From Thermodesulfobacteriota bacterium (GTDB lineage Bacteria; Desulfobacterota_D; UBA1144; Nemesobacterales; UBA2774), in the NCBI GenBank assembly GCA_963422265.1, contig OY729416.1, positions 1,600,001 to 1,664,000 on the forward strand: a DNA stretch of 64,000 nucleotides, in the 5' to 3' direction. Shown piece after piece: positions 11,108 through 19,267 of the stretch. Made by a program: the position numbers and the translations under genes. Each line of letters starts with the position of its first letter. The stretch's first letter is position 1. Under the pieces are notes generated by a model. The model searched no databases. It was given only the letters and a program-made list of their open reading frames with translations, and was not told the DNA's origin.

Positions 11108-11386
11108 CTACATGAGTTCCATAAGCTCTCTAAGCGTTCCAGGATCGCTTGTAACCACGAAAACCTCCTGAACGGAAGTTCCACTTCTAGCAATGAGTTT
11201 AGCACCAGCTACCGTGCTGTACTTGTATCGTATTACCAAATTCTCCCCCTTGGTTTTCCCAACTTTGATTTCCCCAGGTATTATCGTTTTAATAAAATCC
11301 AAAGGAGACAAATTATCCTCAAGAAATCTCCTTAGTCCCTTTATCATCCCATGCTGGCGTTTGATTTTGTTTTTTCTGTGTTTCAT
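11108..11386 (-). CDS. DUF2103-family small protein
   Basis: 'H..IKGL..FL', 'TIIPGEI' and 'GAKLIARSGTSVQEVFVVT' pattern. Confidence 0.7.
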   Translation of the reverse strand: MKHRKNKIKRQHGMIKGLRRFLEDNLSPLDFIKTIIPGEIKVGKTKGENLVIRYKYSTVAGAKLIARSGTSVQEVFVVTSDPGTLRELMELM

Positions 11387-11515
11387 ATCGTCCTTTACGT
11401 ATTAACGTTTGCCTCATCCCCGAAGAGGTATATTACAACAGCTTTTCCGTATTGTCATTTTAGCCGTAACAATCCTGTGTCTCATTCCGTTTTCTCAAAG
11501 GCTTCCCAACTTAAT

Positions 11516-11563
11516 TTGACTTAACCCATTCTACGGTTTATAATTGAGAAGTTTTCTCAATTA
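11516..11563 (+). promoter_or_regulatory. Sigma70 promoter overlapped by a Fur/Zur-type operator
   Basis: TTGACT (11516)-17 bp-TATAAT (11539). Perfect 10-3-10 inverted repeat TAATTGAGAA-gtt-TTCTCAATTA at 11541-11563. Confidence 0.8.
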
Positions 11564-11579
11564 AAGAGGTGTGGGTTAA

Positions 11580-12011
11580 TTGTCCATAATTGAAGAGCCA
11601 GAGGGAATAAAAGATATTTTCAATAAGCGTGGACTCAGGTGTACGCCTCAAAGGCTAGCTGTGCTAAAGGTCCTTCACGATACTCAAGTTTACCTATCAA
11701 TAAGTGCTATTCATTCAAAGGTGAAGGAGATTCTTCCTTACACAGGACTCGCTACCGTTTACCGTTCCCTTGAAACTTTGGTCAGCTTAAGACTAGCTGT
11801 GAAAGTGCACCTTGATGATGGTTGTCACAGCTACGCGATAGCCCCACAGGGACACTGCCATCCGATATTATGCACGGAGTGTAATAGGGTGGTTGAATTT
11901 GCGGAATGCCCGCTTGAGGATTTGTCAAACAGAATATCGGAAAAAACAGGGGTTCAGATTGATACCCACTTTCTTCAATTATTTGGCAAATGCGAAGAAT
12001 GCCGAATCTAA
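11580..12011 (+). CDS. Fur-family metal-responsive repressor (Zur/Nur-like)
   Basis: GLRCTPQRLAVL, GLATVYRSL, HCHPILCTEC and C-terminal CEEC motifs. Confidence 0.92.
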   Translation: MSIIEEPEGIKDIFNKRGLRCTPQRLAVLKVLHDTQVYLSISAIHSKVKEILPYTGLATVYRSLETLVSLRLAVKVHLDDGCHSYAIAPQGHCHPILCTECNRVVEFAECPLEDLSNRISEKTGVQIDTHFLQLFGKCEECRI

Positions 12012-12027
12012 GACGAGATAGAAAATA

Positions 12028-12750
12028 ATGTCGCATCTACACGTGCCAGATGGAGTACTGCCAAACTGGATAGTCCTTGCAAGCTGGATAATCACTATAT
12101 CAATCCTCGCTTTGTGCGTGCTCAGGGTAAGAAGAACGCATATGCTGAGGAAGATTCCACTCATAGGTATCATCTCGGCCATTATGGTCGCGTGTATGAT
12201 GCTACCAATTATACCGTTTGCGTATCATCTAAACTTGAGCGTAGTAGCAGGAATTATGTTAGGTCCATCCTTGGCTTTTATAGCAGTGTTTATAGTGGAC
12301 ATCATAATTGCGATGTTTGGTCATGGAGGCATTACCGTAGTTGGTCTTAACACTATAGTAGTGGGTGCAGAGGCGGTAATAGGTTACTACTTATTTCAGA
12401 TTGCTATGGCGATGCTAAAAAAACATTCAATAGCGTGGTCCTCTGGAATAGCAACTGTCTTGAGCTTGATGCTAAGCACTTCTTTACTTTTGGGTTTTTT
12501 GTATATTTCTCAGGTTGATGTGCAAATACTGTTTGAAGCTGATAAGGAAAGGGTATCCACAACAAGTTTTGAAGAGAAAGAGGTTTCAACGGCAGAGCAT
12601 AGCTCTAGTATAAACGTGCCCAAGTTCGCTAAGGTAGCTTTAATCCTGCTGTCTTTGGGATGGATATTAGAAGGGGTAATTACAGCATTAGTAATAAGGT
12701 ATGTATCAGGTGTAAGACCTGATCTACTTTTGCCTGACGCTGTCAAGTAG
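12028..12750 (+). CDS. ECF Co/Ni transporter S component (CbiM/NikM family)
   Basis: N-terminal HVPDG, HLNL and GHGGIT motifs; multiple TM segments. Confidence 0.88.
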   Translation: MSHLHVPDGVLPNWIVLASWIITISILALCVLRVRRTHMLRKIPLIGIISAIMVACMMLPIIPFAYHLNLSVVAGIMLGPSLAFIAVFIVDIIIAMFGHGGITVVGLNTIVVGAEAVIGYYLFQIAMAMLKKHSIAWSSGIATVLSLMLSTSLLLGFLYISQVDVQILFEADKERVSTTSFEEKEVSTAEHSSSINVPKFAKVALILLSLGWILEGVITALVIRYVSGVRPDLLLPDAVK

Positions 12751-12760
12751 GAATGGGTCA

Positions 12761-13564
12761 GTGGACGTTACTTTAATAGATTATTACGCTAATCACGGAA
12801 CGAGTTTTCTGCATAGGGCAGGGGCTTACTCCAAAATACTGTTTGTGACCCTCCTGGTCGCTTCAGTGATTATCACAAGAGAATTCTATATGCTGCTAGG
12901 CATATATGTGACCCTGCTTATATTAGCTTTATGGACGAGATTGCCGTTGCTGAAAATCATTGCTATTTCAATTTACCCCACTGTTTTTACTTTATTGTTC
13001 GTCATTGCAAGCTGGGATGGAAGCTGGCTAAAGGCAGGCGTGGTAATGCTAAAAGCCTTATCCGCTGCGCTTACGATGGTAATTTTGATATCTACGACCC
13101 CATATCCCGACGTCTTTAACGTTATCCGGCCGCTTTTACCCGGAATAATTGCGGAAGGACTCTTCGTAGCCTACCGGTCTTTGTTTATTTTACTTAAATT
13201 GACGGATGATTTAGTAAAGGGTTTAAGTATTAGGGGAGGCTTAAAAAAAAGAAGATACGCAAACAATATTAAAAATTTTTCCTCAGGGATTAGCCTATTG
13301 CTAGTAAGGGGATTTGACATGTCAGAAAAACTCTATGGCGTAATGAATCTAAGGGGTTACAAAGGGGAAGCGCGCATGGTTAAACAAGACATTAAAGCAA
13401 GCGGCGGAGACTTAATACTCATTTCCATTGGAGTTTCGATTCTTGCCGCGTCTCTCGGAATCCGTATTGAGTCTGGTTTAGCGACTTATAGCACCCATCT
13501 TCTTGCTCTCTGCACTACTATATTAGCTACATCCGCTATTTATCTAATTCAGAGTGAGCTTTGA
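12761..13564 (+). CDS. ECF transporter T component (CbiQ-like)
   Basis: S.LHR, ISTTP, IRG and LRGY motifs; hydrophobic. Confidence 0.85.
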   Translation: MDVTLIDYYANHGTSFLHRAGAYSKILFVTLLVASVIITREFYMLLGIYVTLLILALWTRLPLLKIIAISIYPTVFTLLFVIASWDGSWLKAGVVMLKALSAALTMVILISTTPYPDVFNVIRPLLPGIIAEGLFVAYRSLFILLKLTDDLVKGLSIRGGLKKRRYANNIKNFSSGISLLLVRGFDMSEKLYGVMNLRGYKGEARMVKQDIKASGGDLILISIGVSILAASLGIRIESGLATYSTHLLALCTTILATSAIYLIQSEL

Positions 13565-13574
13565 GGTAACACTT

Positions 13575-14432
13575 TTGAAAGAGCTAGTAAGAGTAAAAAA
13601 CTTGAGTTTTACTTATCCAGATGGGATGAGACTGGCTTTCAGCGGCCATGACTTTACGGTGGCAAAAGGTGAGCGAGTAGTAATACTTGGTCCGAATGGA
13701 AGCGGTAAATCTACGCTGCTTTCTTTGTTGTTAGGATTGTCGAAAGCTTCCGATGGGGAAATTGAAGTGTTAGGGGTTAATCCAGCAAAGGACTATGAGA
13801 AGGTAAGGGAAAGGATTGGGGCATTACTACAAAACGTTGATCTTCAAATAATAGCGCCTAAGGTGTGGGACGACGTTTCGTTCTCACCTAGAAATTACGG
13901 TTATAAAGAGGAAGAGACTGCCAGATTGGTAGAAGGAATTTTACAAAAGCTAGATATTAAACATTTAAGGGACAAAGTTCCTCACTATCTAAGCGGTGGT
14001 GAAAAGGTTAAGGTGGCAATTGCGGGAGCGCTCGTCACAAAGCCAGAACTCCTTATACTAGACGAACCTTTTGAGCATATAGATCCCACCTGTAGAAGAG
14101 AACTTATCAATCTCTTAAATGCTGTGAATAAAGAGAATCAAACCGCTATATTGCTATCAACCCATAATATGAATACTGTGCCTCTTATAGCCGACACGGT
14201 TTACTTAATAGCGGAGGGAGGAGAAATAGTTAGTAGAAAAACGCCTAAGGAGATTTTCTCTCAAGCCGACATGCTATCAAAATGTCATGTTGAGCCTCCC
14301 GTCTTGGGCTTACTTTTTTCTGAACTGAGAAAATACGGTATTGACCTTGATGCGTCCCTTAGCGTTGAGCAAGCAGCTTGCACTATAGCGAATGAAGTGC
14401 TAATATCTAGAAAAGGATCGGGAGTAAGATGA
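13575..14432 (+). CDS. ECF transporter ATPase (CbiO-like)
   Basis: GPNGSGKST, LSGGEK and LDEP motifs; TTG start chosen after GAGGT. Confidence 0.88.
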   Translation: MKELVRVKNLSFTYPDGMRLAFSGHDFTVAKGERVVILGPNGSGKSTLLSLLLGLSKASDGEIEVLGVNPAKDYEKVRERIGALLQNVDLQIIAPKVWDDVSFSPRNYGYKEEETARLVEGILQKLDIKHLRDKVPHYLSGGEKVKVAIAGALVTKPELLILDEPFEHIDPTCRRELINLLNAVNKENQTAILLSTHNMNTVPLIADTVYLIAEGGEIVSRKTPKEIFSQADMLSKCHVEPPVLGLLFSELRKYGIDLDASLSVEQAACTIANEVLISRKGSGVR

Positions 14433-14770
14433 AACCTATAAGAAAAGCTACTAAAAGCAGCTTGTCAAAAATTTTTATTTCGTGCTTAGCGGCGTTGTTT
14501 GTCCTTTCGCTAAGCTCACATAGCCACGCCGTCGGCATAGATATTGACGCATACGGATTAACGTCTCACGACCACGACGCAGCCCCTGGTCATTCTTCAG
14601 AGTATTGCTCGACCTGCCTGCTTCAGGGAAACCTGCAAATACCCCTTGTCGATGCAACCTTTAATGACGATTGCTCAGGGTCCTTAATAGCTTACATAGA
14701 CCTAGGATTTCTAATTCCCTGTTCATTTCTAACGCTTAATAAACCTTCCAGATCCCCTCCAATAGGGTAA
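14429..14770 (+). CDS. DUF2946/CruR-like small exported peptide (His-rich, CxxC, C-terminal RSPP)
   Basis: Signal-like N-terminus, HSH/HDHD, CSTC and the ending SRSPPIG; directly upstream of an outer-membrane metal protein. Confidence 0.65.
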   Translation: MKPIRKATKSSLSKIFISCLAALFVLSLSSHSHAVGIDIDAYGLTSHDHDAAPGHSSEYCSTCLLQGNLQIPLVDATFNDDCSGSLIAYIDLGFLIPCSFLTLNKPSRSPPIG

Positions 14771-14879
14771 GTATATCCATTTACCCCATACTGCTTTCAT
14801 AGGAACGACTAGGACATAGTCGAAATAGTCTAGTCTGTACATATACTTGCCCAATCTCATATAAAATTGGAGGTAATAT

Positions 14880-16346
14880 ATGAATTACAAGAAAATTATT
14901 GTGGTTTTGTTGCTACTCTGCTTTCTTCTTCCACCTTTTGCGGTGAGAGAGGTTCGGGGGGAGGAGCGAGGTGAAGTAAAGACGGAGTTGAAAGACTTAA
15001 GAGAAATGATGGAAAAAATGCGAGAAAGGATAGAAGAACTCGAGAAACGCAACGGAGTTCTTGAACGGCAAGCTAAGCAAGAAGACGCCGTTACCGTGGA
15101 AGAGGGGGTGGATTTAGTGGCGGTAGAGGGTTCCACGACCACCATGGCTAAGGGTTTTCTAAGAGCGGCTTCAAATACGTTTAATCCCGACGTCAGCGTA
15201 ATAGGGACATTTACCCCCACTTGGTATTCGCTGGATGAGCCAGCCAAGCCATTAGCGGAAGTTGACCCACAGAATACCGGCGTAGCGCTTCCAGAAATAG
15301 AACTAGGACTTCAGGGAGTTGTGGATCCCTATTTCAGATACGATACTTTCCTGGTATTTGGTCCCCACGGAGTCGAGATTGAAGAGGCTTACGGGACTAC
15401 GCTGCTCAGCCTACCACTGAACTCTCAATTTCGTATTGGACGCTCAAGAGCTAAATTTGGAAGGATTAATCAGCTTCACAGACACAATCAGAATTTCGTC
15501 ACTCTTCCATTACCAGCCTCTCAGTTCTTAGGAGAGCATCTTAATCCTACAAGCGTAGAAGCGAATTTCTTAGTCCCAGCGCCATGGTTTCTCGAGCTAA
15601 GCGCCTCCGCTGGCAGCCCTGACGTTCATACACCCACGTTTGCGAGGGACGTAGATGGAAACAATATAAGTAAGCTGCTCTACAATTTCCACTTGGCCAA
15701 TTTTTTTGAGGTTTCAGAATCACTTGGAGTCAGCCTCGGAGGCTCATTCGCAACTGGCGCGAACAAACAAGAATTAGAGGGAGACGAGCCCTTTTTTGGA
15801 AGGTCTAAACTTTATGGGATTGACTTATTCGCAAAATATCGTCCATTGAAAAACAATCCGTATCAGGAGGTTACTCTTCAGTCAGAGTTTATCTATCTTG
15901 ACGCGGATAGGGCGCACGAGGCGCATGATGAGCCCGGGCATAAACACGAAGATGATCACGATGGGCACGAGGATGAAGTTCACGAAAGAAAACAAGAACG
16001 AATTAAGAACTGGGGCTGGTACTCACAGATGGTTTATAGGTTTGCCAAGAGATGGAACACGGGCTTTAGGTTTGGGATGATTGATACGGATACGCCAGTT
16101 GACGAAGAGGAACTACACGAGGACGGAGAAAACGGGCATGACGATGAACACGCCCACGGCGAAGGAACGCTAGGGTTATTGGGGAGGACCTATCGTCTAT
16201 CACCTATGCTGACTTTTAATCCGACTGAGTTTTCGAGAATAAGGCTGCAATACGATTATCTCAACCGAGACTTTTCGGAAAATCAGCACGCGGTCTTTCT
16301 GCAATTTCAGTACTCAATAGGCGCACATGGGGCGCATCCATTCTAA
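14880..16346 (+). CDS. His-rich outer-membrane beta-barrel metal-uptake protein ('zinc-regulated OM receptor' type)
   Basis: Signal peptide, coiled coil, FNPDVSV, EIEEAY, FGRINQLHRH, two His/acidic loops and C-terminal GAHGAHPF. Confidence 0.8.
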   Translation: MNYKKIIVVLLLLCFLLPPFAVREVRGEERGEVKTELKDLREMMEKMRERIEELEKRNGVLERQAKQEDAVTVEEGVDLVAVEGSTTTMAKGFLRAASNTFNPDVSVIGTFTPTWYSLDEPAKPLAEVDPQNTGVALPEIELGLQGVVDPYFRYDTFLVFGPHGVEIEEAYGTTLLSLPLNSQFRIGRSRAKFGRINQLHRHNQNFVTLPLPASQFLGEHLNPTSVEANFLVPAPWFLELSASAGSPDVHTPTFARDVDGNNISKLLYNFHLANFFEVSESLGVSLGGSFATGANKQELEGDEPFFGRSKLYGIDLFAKYRPLKNNPYQEVTLQSEFIYLDADRAHEAHDEPGHKHEDDHDGHEDEVHERKQERIKNWGWYSQMVYRFAKRWNTGFRFGMIDTDTPVDEEELHEDGENGHDDEHAHGEGTLGLLGRTYRLSPMLTFNPTEFSRIRLQYDYLNRDFSENQHAVFLQFQYSIGAHGAHPF

Positions 16347-16377
16347 AACCAATTATAAAGAGGAGATAACTACTACT

Positions 16378-17364
16378 ATGAAAATACTTAAATTTATAAG
16401 ACAAGCTACAATAATGGTCGCTTTTGCTTTTATTTCTATATTTTTAGTGGTTCAAGGCGCATCGGCTCAAGTAAAAATAGTAACTTCAGTCCCCGACTTC
16501 GCCGCGATCGCTAAGCGCATAGGTGGTGAAAAGGTAGAGGTGGTCAGCCTAGCAAAGGGGTATCAGAATCCCCATTTCGTAGATGCGAAGCCGATTTTTA
16601 TAACAAAGCTGAACCAGTCAGACCTACTAATATACAACGGACTTGAACTTGAAATAGGATGGCTGCCTATACTCATTAATGGGGCTAGGAATTCGAATAT
16701 AGTATCCCCCAGCTCTTTGGGTAATTATAACGCCTCAACCTCCATTAACTCAATAGTTGAGGTGCCTACCTCCCCCGTTGATAGATCTATGGGCGACGTG
16801 CATCCCTCAGGAAATCCTCATTTCATGCTTGATCCAAGAAACGGCGTTCCCGTGGCACGGGAAATAATGACAAGACTGATACGAATAGATTCTGAAAATG
16901 CCGCGTTCTACGAAGAAAATTTTAACAGTTTCGCAAAGACCCTTAGGTTGAAAATAAGCCAATGGGAAACTGAACTAGCACCGTTTAAGGGGGCAAGTGT
17001 AGTTACGTATCACAAGGCTTGGGGCTACTTTCTGGGTTGGGCAGGCTTGAAAGAGGCGGGCGTTGTGGAGCCTAAACCCGGTATACCCCCAACGCCTTCG
17101 CACGTCGCTCAGCTTATACGGAGAATAGAGCAACGTCAGGACATAAAGCTCATTATAGCCACTAATTACTATCCTCGGAAAATCCCAGAAATAATCGCGC
17201 GGAAAGTGGGGGTGGACTTCCTTGCTCTACCTGCTTTCGTTGGAGGACGAGATGGCATACGCACATATATTGAGTTGTTTGACGTTCTTATAGGCGAAAT
17301 AACGTCCGCTCTTAAAAACAAAAAAGCTCATACGATTCAGAGCGCGCGATCGGAGGAGGAGTAA
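16378..17364 (+). CDS. Zn/Mn ABC transporter substrate-binding protein (ZnuA/TroA family)
   Basis: NPHF, GDVHPSGNPHFMLDP, YH and EPKPGIPPTPSH motifs. Confidence 0.9.
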   Translation: MKILKFIRQATIMVAFAFISIFLVVQGASAQVKIVTSVPDFAAIAKRIGGEKVEVVSLAKGYQNPHFVDAKPIFITKLNQSDLLIYNGLELEIGWLPILINGARNSNIVSPSSLGNYNASTSINSIVEVPTSPVDRSMGDVHPSGNPHFMLDPRNGVPVAREIMTRLIRIDSENAAFYEENFNSFAKTLRLKISQWETELAPFKGASVVTYHKAWGYFLGWAGLKEAGVVEPKPGIPPTPSHVAQLIRRIEQRQDIKLIIATNYYPRKIPEIIARKVGVDFLALPAFVGGRDGIRTYIELFDVLIGEITSALKNKKAHTIQSARSEEE

Positions 17365-17391
17365 AATCTATCGACTTGCAGAGAACTATTT

Positions 17392-18126
17392 ATGTCGTCC
17401 CGCCTAATTGAGCTTAGAGACGTAACGTTAGGATATGATAAGAGGTGGCTTTTAGGTCCCGTTAACCTTGCTGTAGAAAGAGGACAATTTTGGGTGATAC
17501 TAGGTCCTAACGGAAGTGGTAAGACTACGCTTCTTAAGACTATGCTTAATCTACTACCACCACTTGCGGGGAGAGTGACATCCGACAAAAATGGCGTAAC
17601 CTTCGGATACGTTCCCCAGTCTAAGGGCTTCGATCACATATTCCCCGTTTCCGTTTATGAAATAACGTCTATGGGAAGATACTGTCGCGTGCCTATGGGC
17701 AAAAGGCTGTCAAAAGAAGATAAAAAAATAATAGAGTCGTCGTTGGAGAGAGTGGATATCATCCACCTAAAAAATCGTGCCTTTAGGTCTCTTTCGGGTG
17801 GGGAAAAACAGCGTGCTTTACTTGCGCGCGCTATAGTTGGAGAACCAGACGTTCTGGTTCTCGACGAGCCTACCGCTTTTGTCGATATAAAGGGGGAGGG
17901 GCGAATGATGGAGCTTGTAAAGAATATTCAACCGGATAACAACCTCGCTGTTCTTATGGTGAGCCACTTTCTGGATGTGGCTTCCGGATTTGCGGATCAT
18001 ATTGTTTTAATGGATAAAGAGAACAATTTTTTTCAGGCAGGTGAAAAGAGTAAAGTTCTAGAAAGTAATAGTTTGGATAAATTATTTGGGGTAGAACAAG
18101 TAATGGATCGGGCTAGAAACGAATGA
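17392..18126 (+). CDS. Zn/Mn ABC transporter ATPase (ZnuC-like)
   Basis: GPNGSGKTT, GYVPQ, LSGGEKQR and LDEPT motifs. Confidence 0.9.
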   Translation: MSSRLIELRDVTLGYDKRWLLGPVNLAVERGQFWVILGPNGSGKTTLLKTMLNLLPPLAGRVTSDKNGVTFGYVPQSKGFDHIFPVSVYEITSMGRYCRVPMGKRLSKEDKKIIESSLERVDIIHLKNRAFRSLSGGEKQRALLARAIVGEPDVLVLDEPTAFVDIKGEGRMMELVKNIQPDNNLAVLMVSHFLDVASGFADHIVLMDKENNFFQAGEKSKVLESNSLDKLFGVEQVMDRARNE

Positions 18127-19010
18127 CTCCTTTGGGAGAATTTATTAACGGCTATTTTCTATGGCGAGATCCAATGATAGTGGGAGCCGTGACTGGCGCT
18201 ATATGTGGATTCTTAGGCGTTTACGTGGCGCTTGCAAGAATGATTTTTGTAAGCGCTGCTCTCACTCAAATCTCAAGCTTCGGCGTCGCCTTGTCGTTTT
18301 ATCTTCAGCGGGTTGAGCTGGTGTTATTTTCTTCCCTAGTCGGGCCGTTTGCTCTATCTTTAATTCTGACCGTAATCGCCGCCGGATTTTTTGCGTTAAA
18401 AAGGGAATTTTCACGTATAAGTAACGAAGGAGTCATCGCTTTTGGATTTCTAACGGCGTCGGGAGCAGTAATCGTTCTTGGAGACAGAATAGCGAGGGGA
18501 GCGCATGAAGTAGCTTCAATCCTTTTTGGCAGCGCCGTAGTCGTAGCTCCTATGGACATTTACATAGTTCCCGGGGTCGCCGCTATAGCTTTTATTATTC
18601 ACCTAGTGTGCTTTAAGGATTTTATCTTCGTATCGTTTGACGTAGAGTCCGCTAGGCTGTTTAGATACCCAATTAGATTGCTCAATGCCCTATTGCTAAG
18701 CAGTATAGCGGTCGTCGTAGCAGTAGCCACAAGGGCGTTAGGGGCTCTACCGGTCTTTGCTTTGCTTACCCTACCAGCCCTAACGTCGCTTTATTTAAGC
18801 GAGAGATTAAAACTCGTATTCTTACTCTCAGTGATAATAGGCGTTCTATCAGCAATTTTGGGCTACTTCTTTTCATTCATATTATCAATCCCAACTGGGG
18901 CGTCAATAACATTATGCGCTTCCTTATTTTTTGTTGTAGGACTTGTATGGCGTGAGGCAGGTATGGGCTCTAAGCCTTTAGGAACTGACTACCTGTTCAA
19001 GTGGAATTGA
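18123..19010 (+). CDS. Zn/Mn ABC transporter permease (ZnuB-like)
   Basis: Hydrophobic ABC-3 pattern with ILFG, SFD.E.A and PTGASI motifs. Confidence 0.9.
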   Translation: MTPLGEFINGYFLWRDPMIVGAVTGAICGFLGVYVALARMIFVSAALTQISSFGVALSFYLQRVELVLFSSLVGPFALSLILTVIAAGFFALKREFSRISNEGVIAFGFLTASGAVIVLGDRIARGAHEVASILFGSAVVVAPMDIYIVPGVAAIAFIIHLVCFKDFIFVSFDVESARLFRYPIRLLNALLLSSIAVVVAVATRALGALPVFALLTLPALTSLYLSERLKLVFLLSVIIGVLSAILGYFFSFILSIPTGASITLCASLFFVVGLVWREAGMGSKPLGTDYLFKWN

Positions 19011-19244
19011 TTCATCGATAAGTAGAATTGGTATATCACTCCTGATTGGGTATAGATACTTTCTATTTTCTTTTTGAATTAGCCCGCCGTCTATCCTATC
19101 CGTAACCTTCTGCTTAGCCCTATTCGTTAGCTCTCCACCGTCTATCATATCGTTTATCTTCTCAACGACGTCAGGTTCAGCTAAAACCAGGTCCTGCTTA
19201 GTCTCGGGACATGCAATAATGTCTAGCAGCGCTTGATCTATCAT
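18978..19244 (-). CDS. Trm112-family protein
   Basis: MIDQALLDIIACPETK...YPIRSDIPILLIDE. Confidence 0.85.
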   Translation of the reverse strand: MIDQALLDIIACPETKQDLVLAEPDVVEKINDMIDGGELTNRAKQKVTDRIDGGLIQKENRKYLYPIRSDIPILLIDESIPLEQVVSS

Positions 19245-19267
19245 TTAATTACCGCCAAAGCTGAAAA

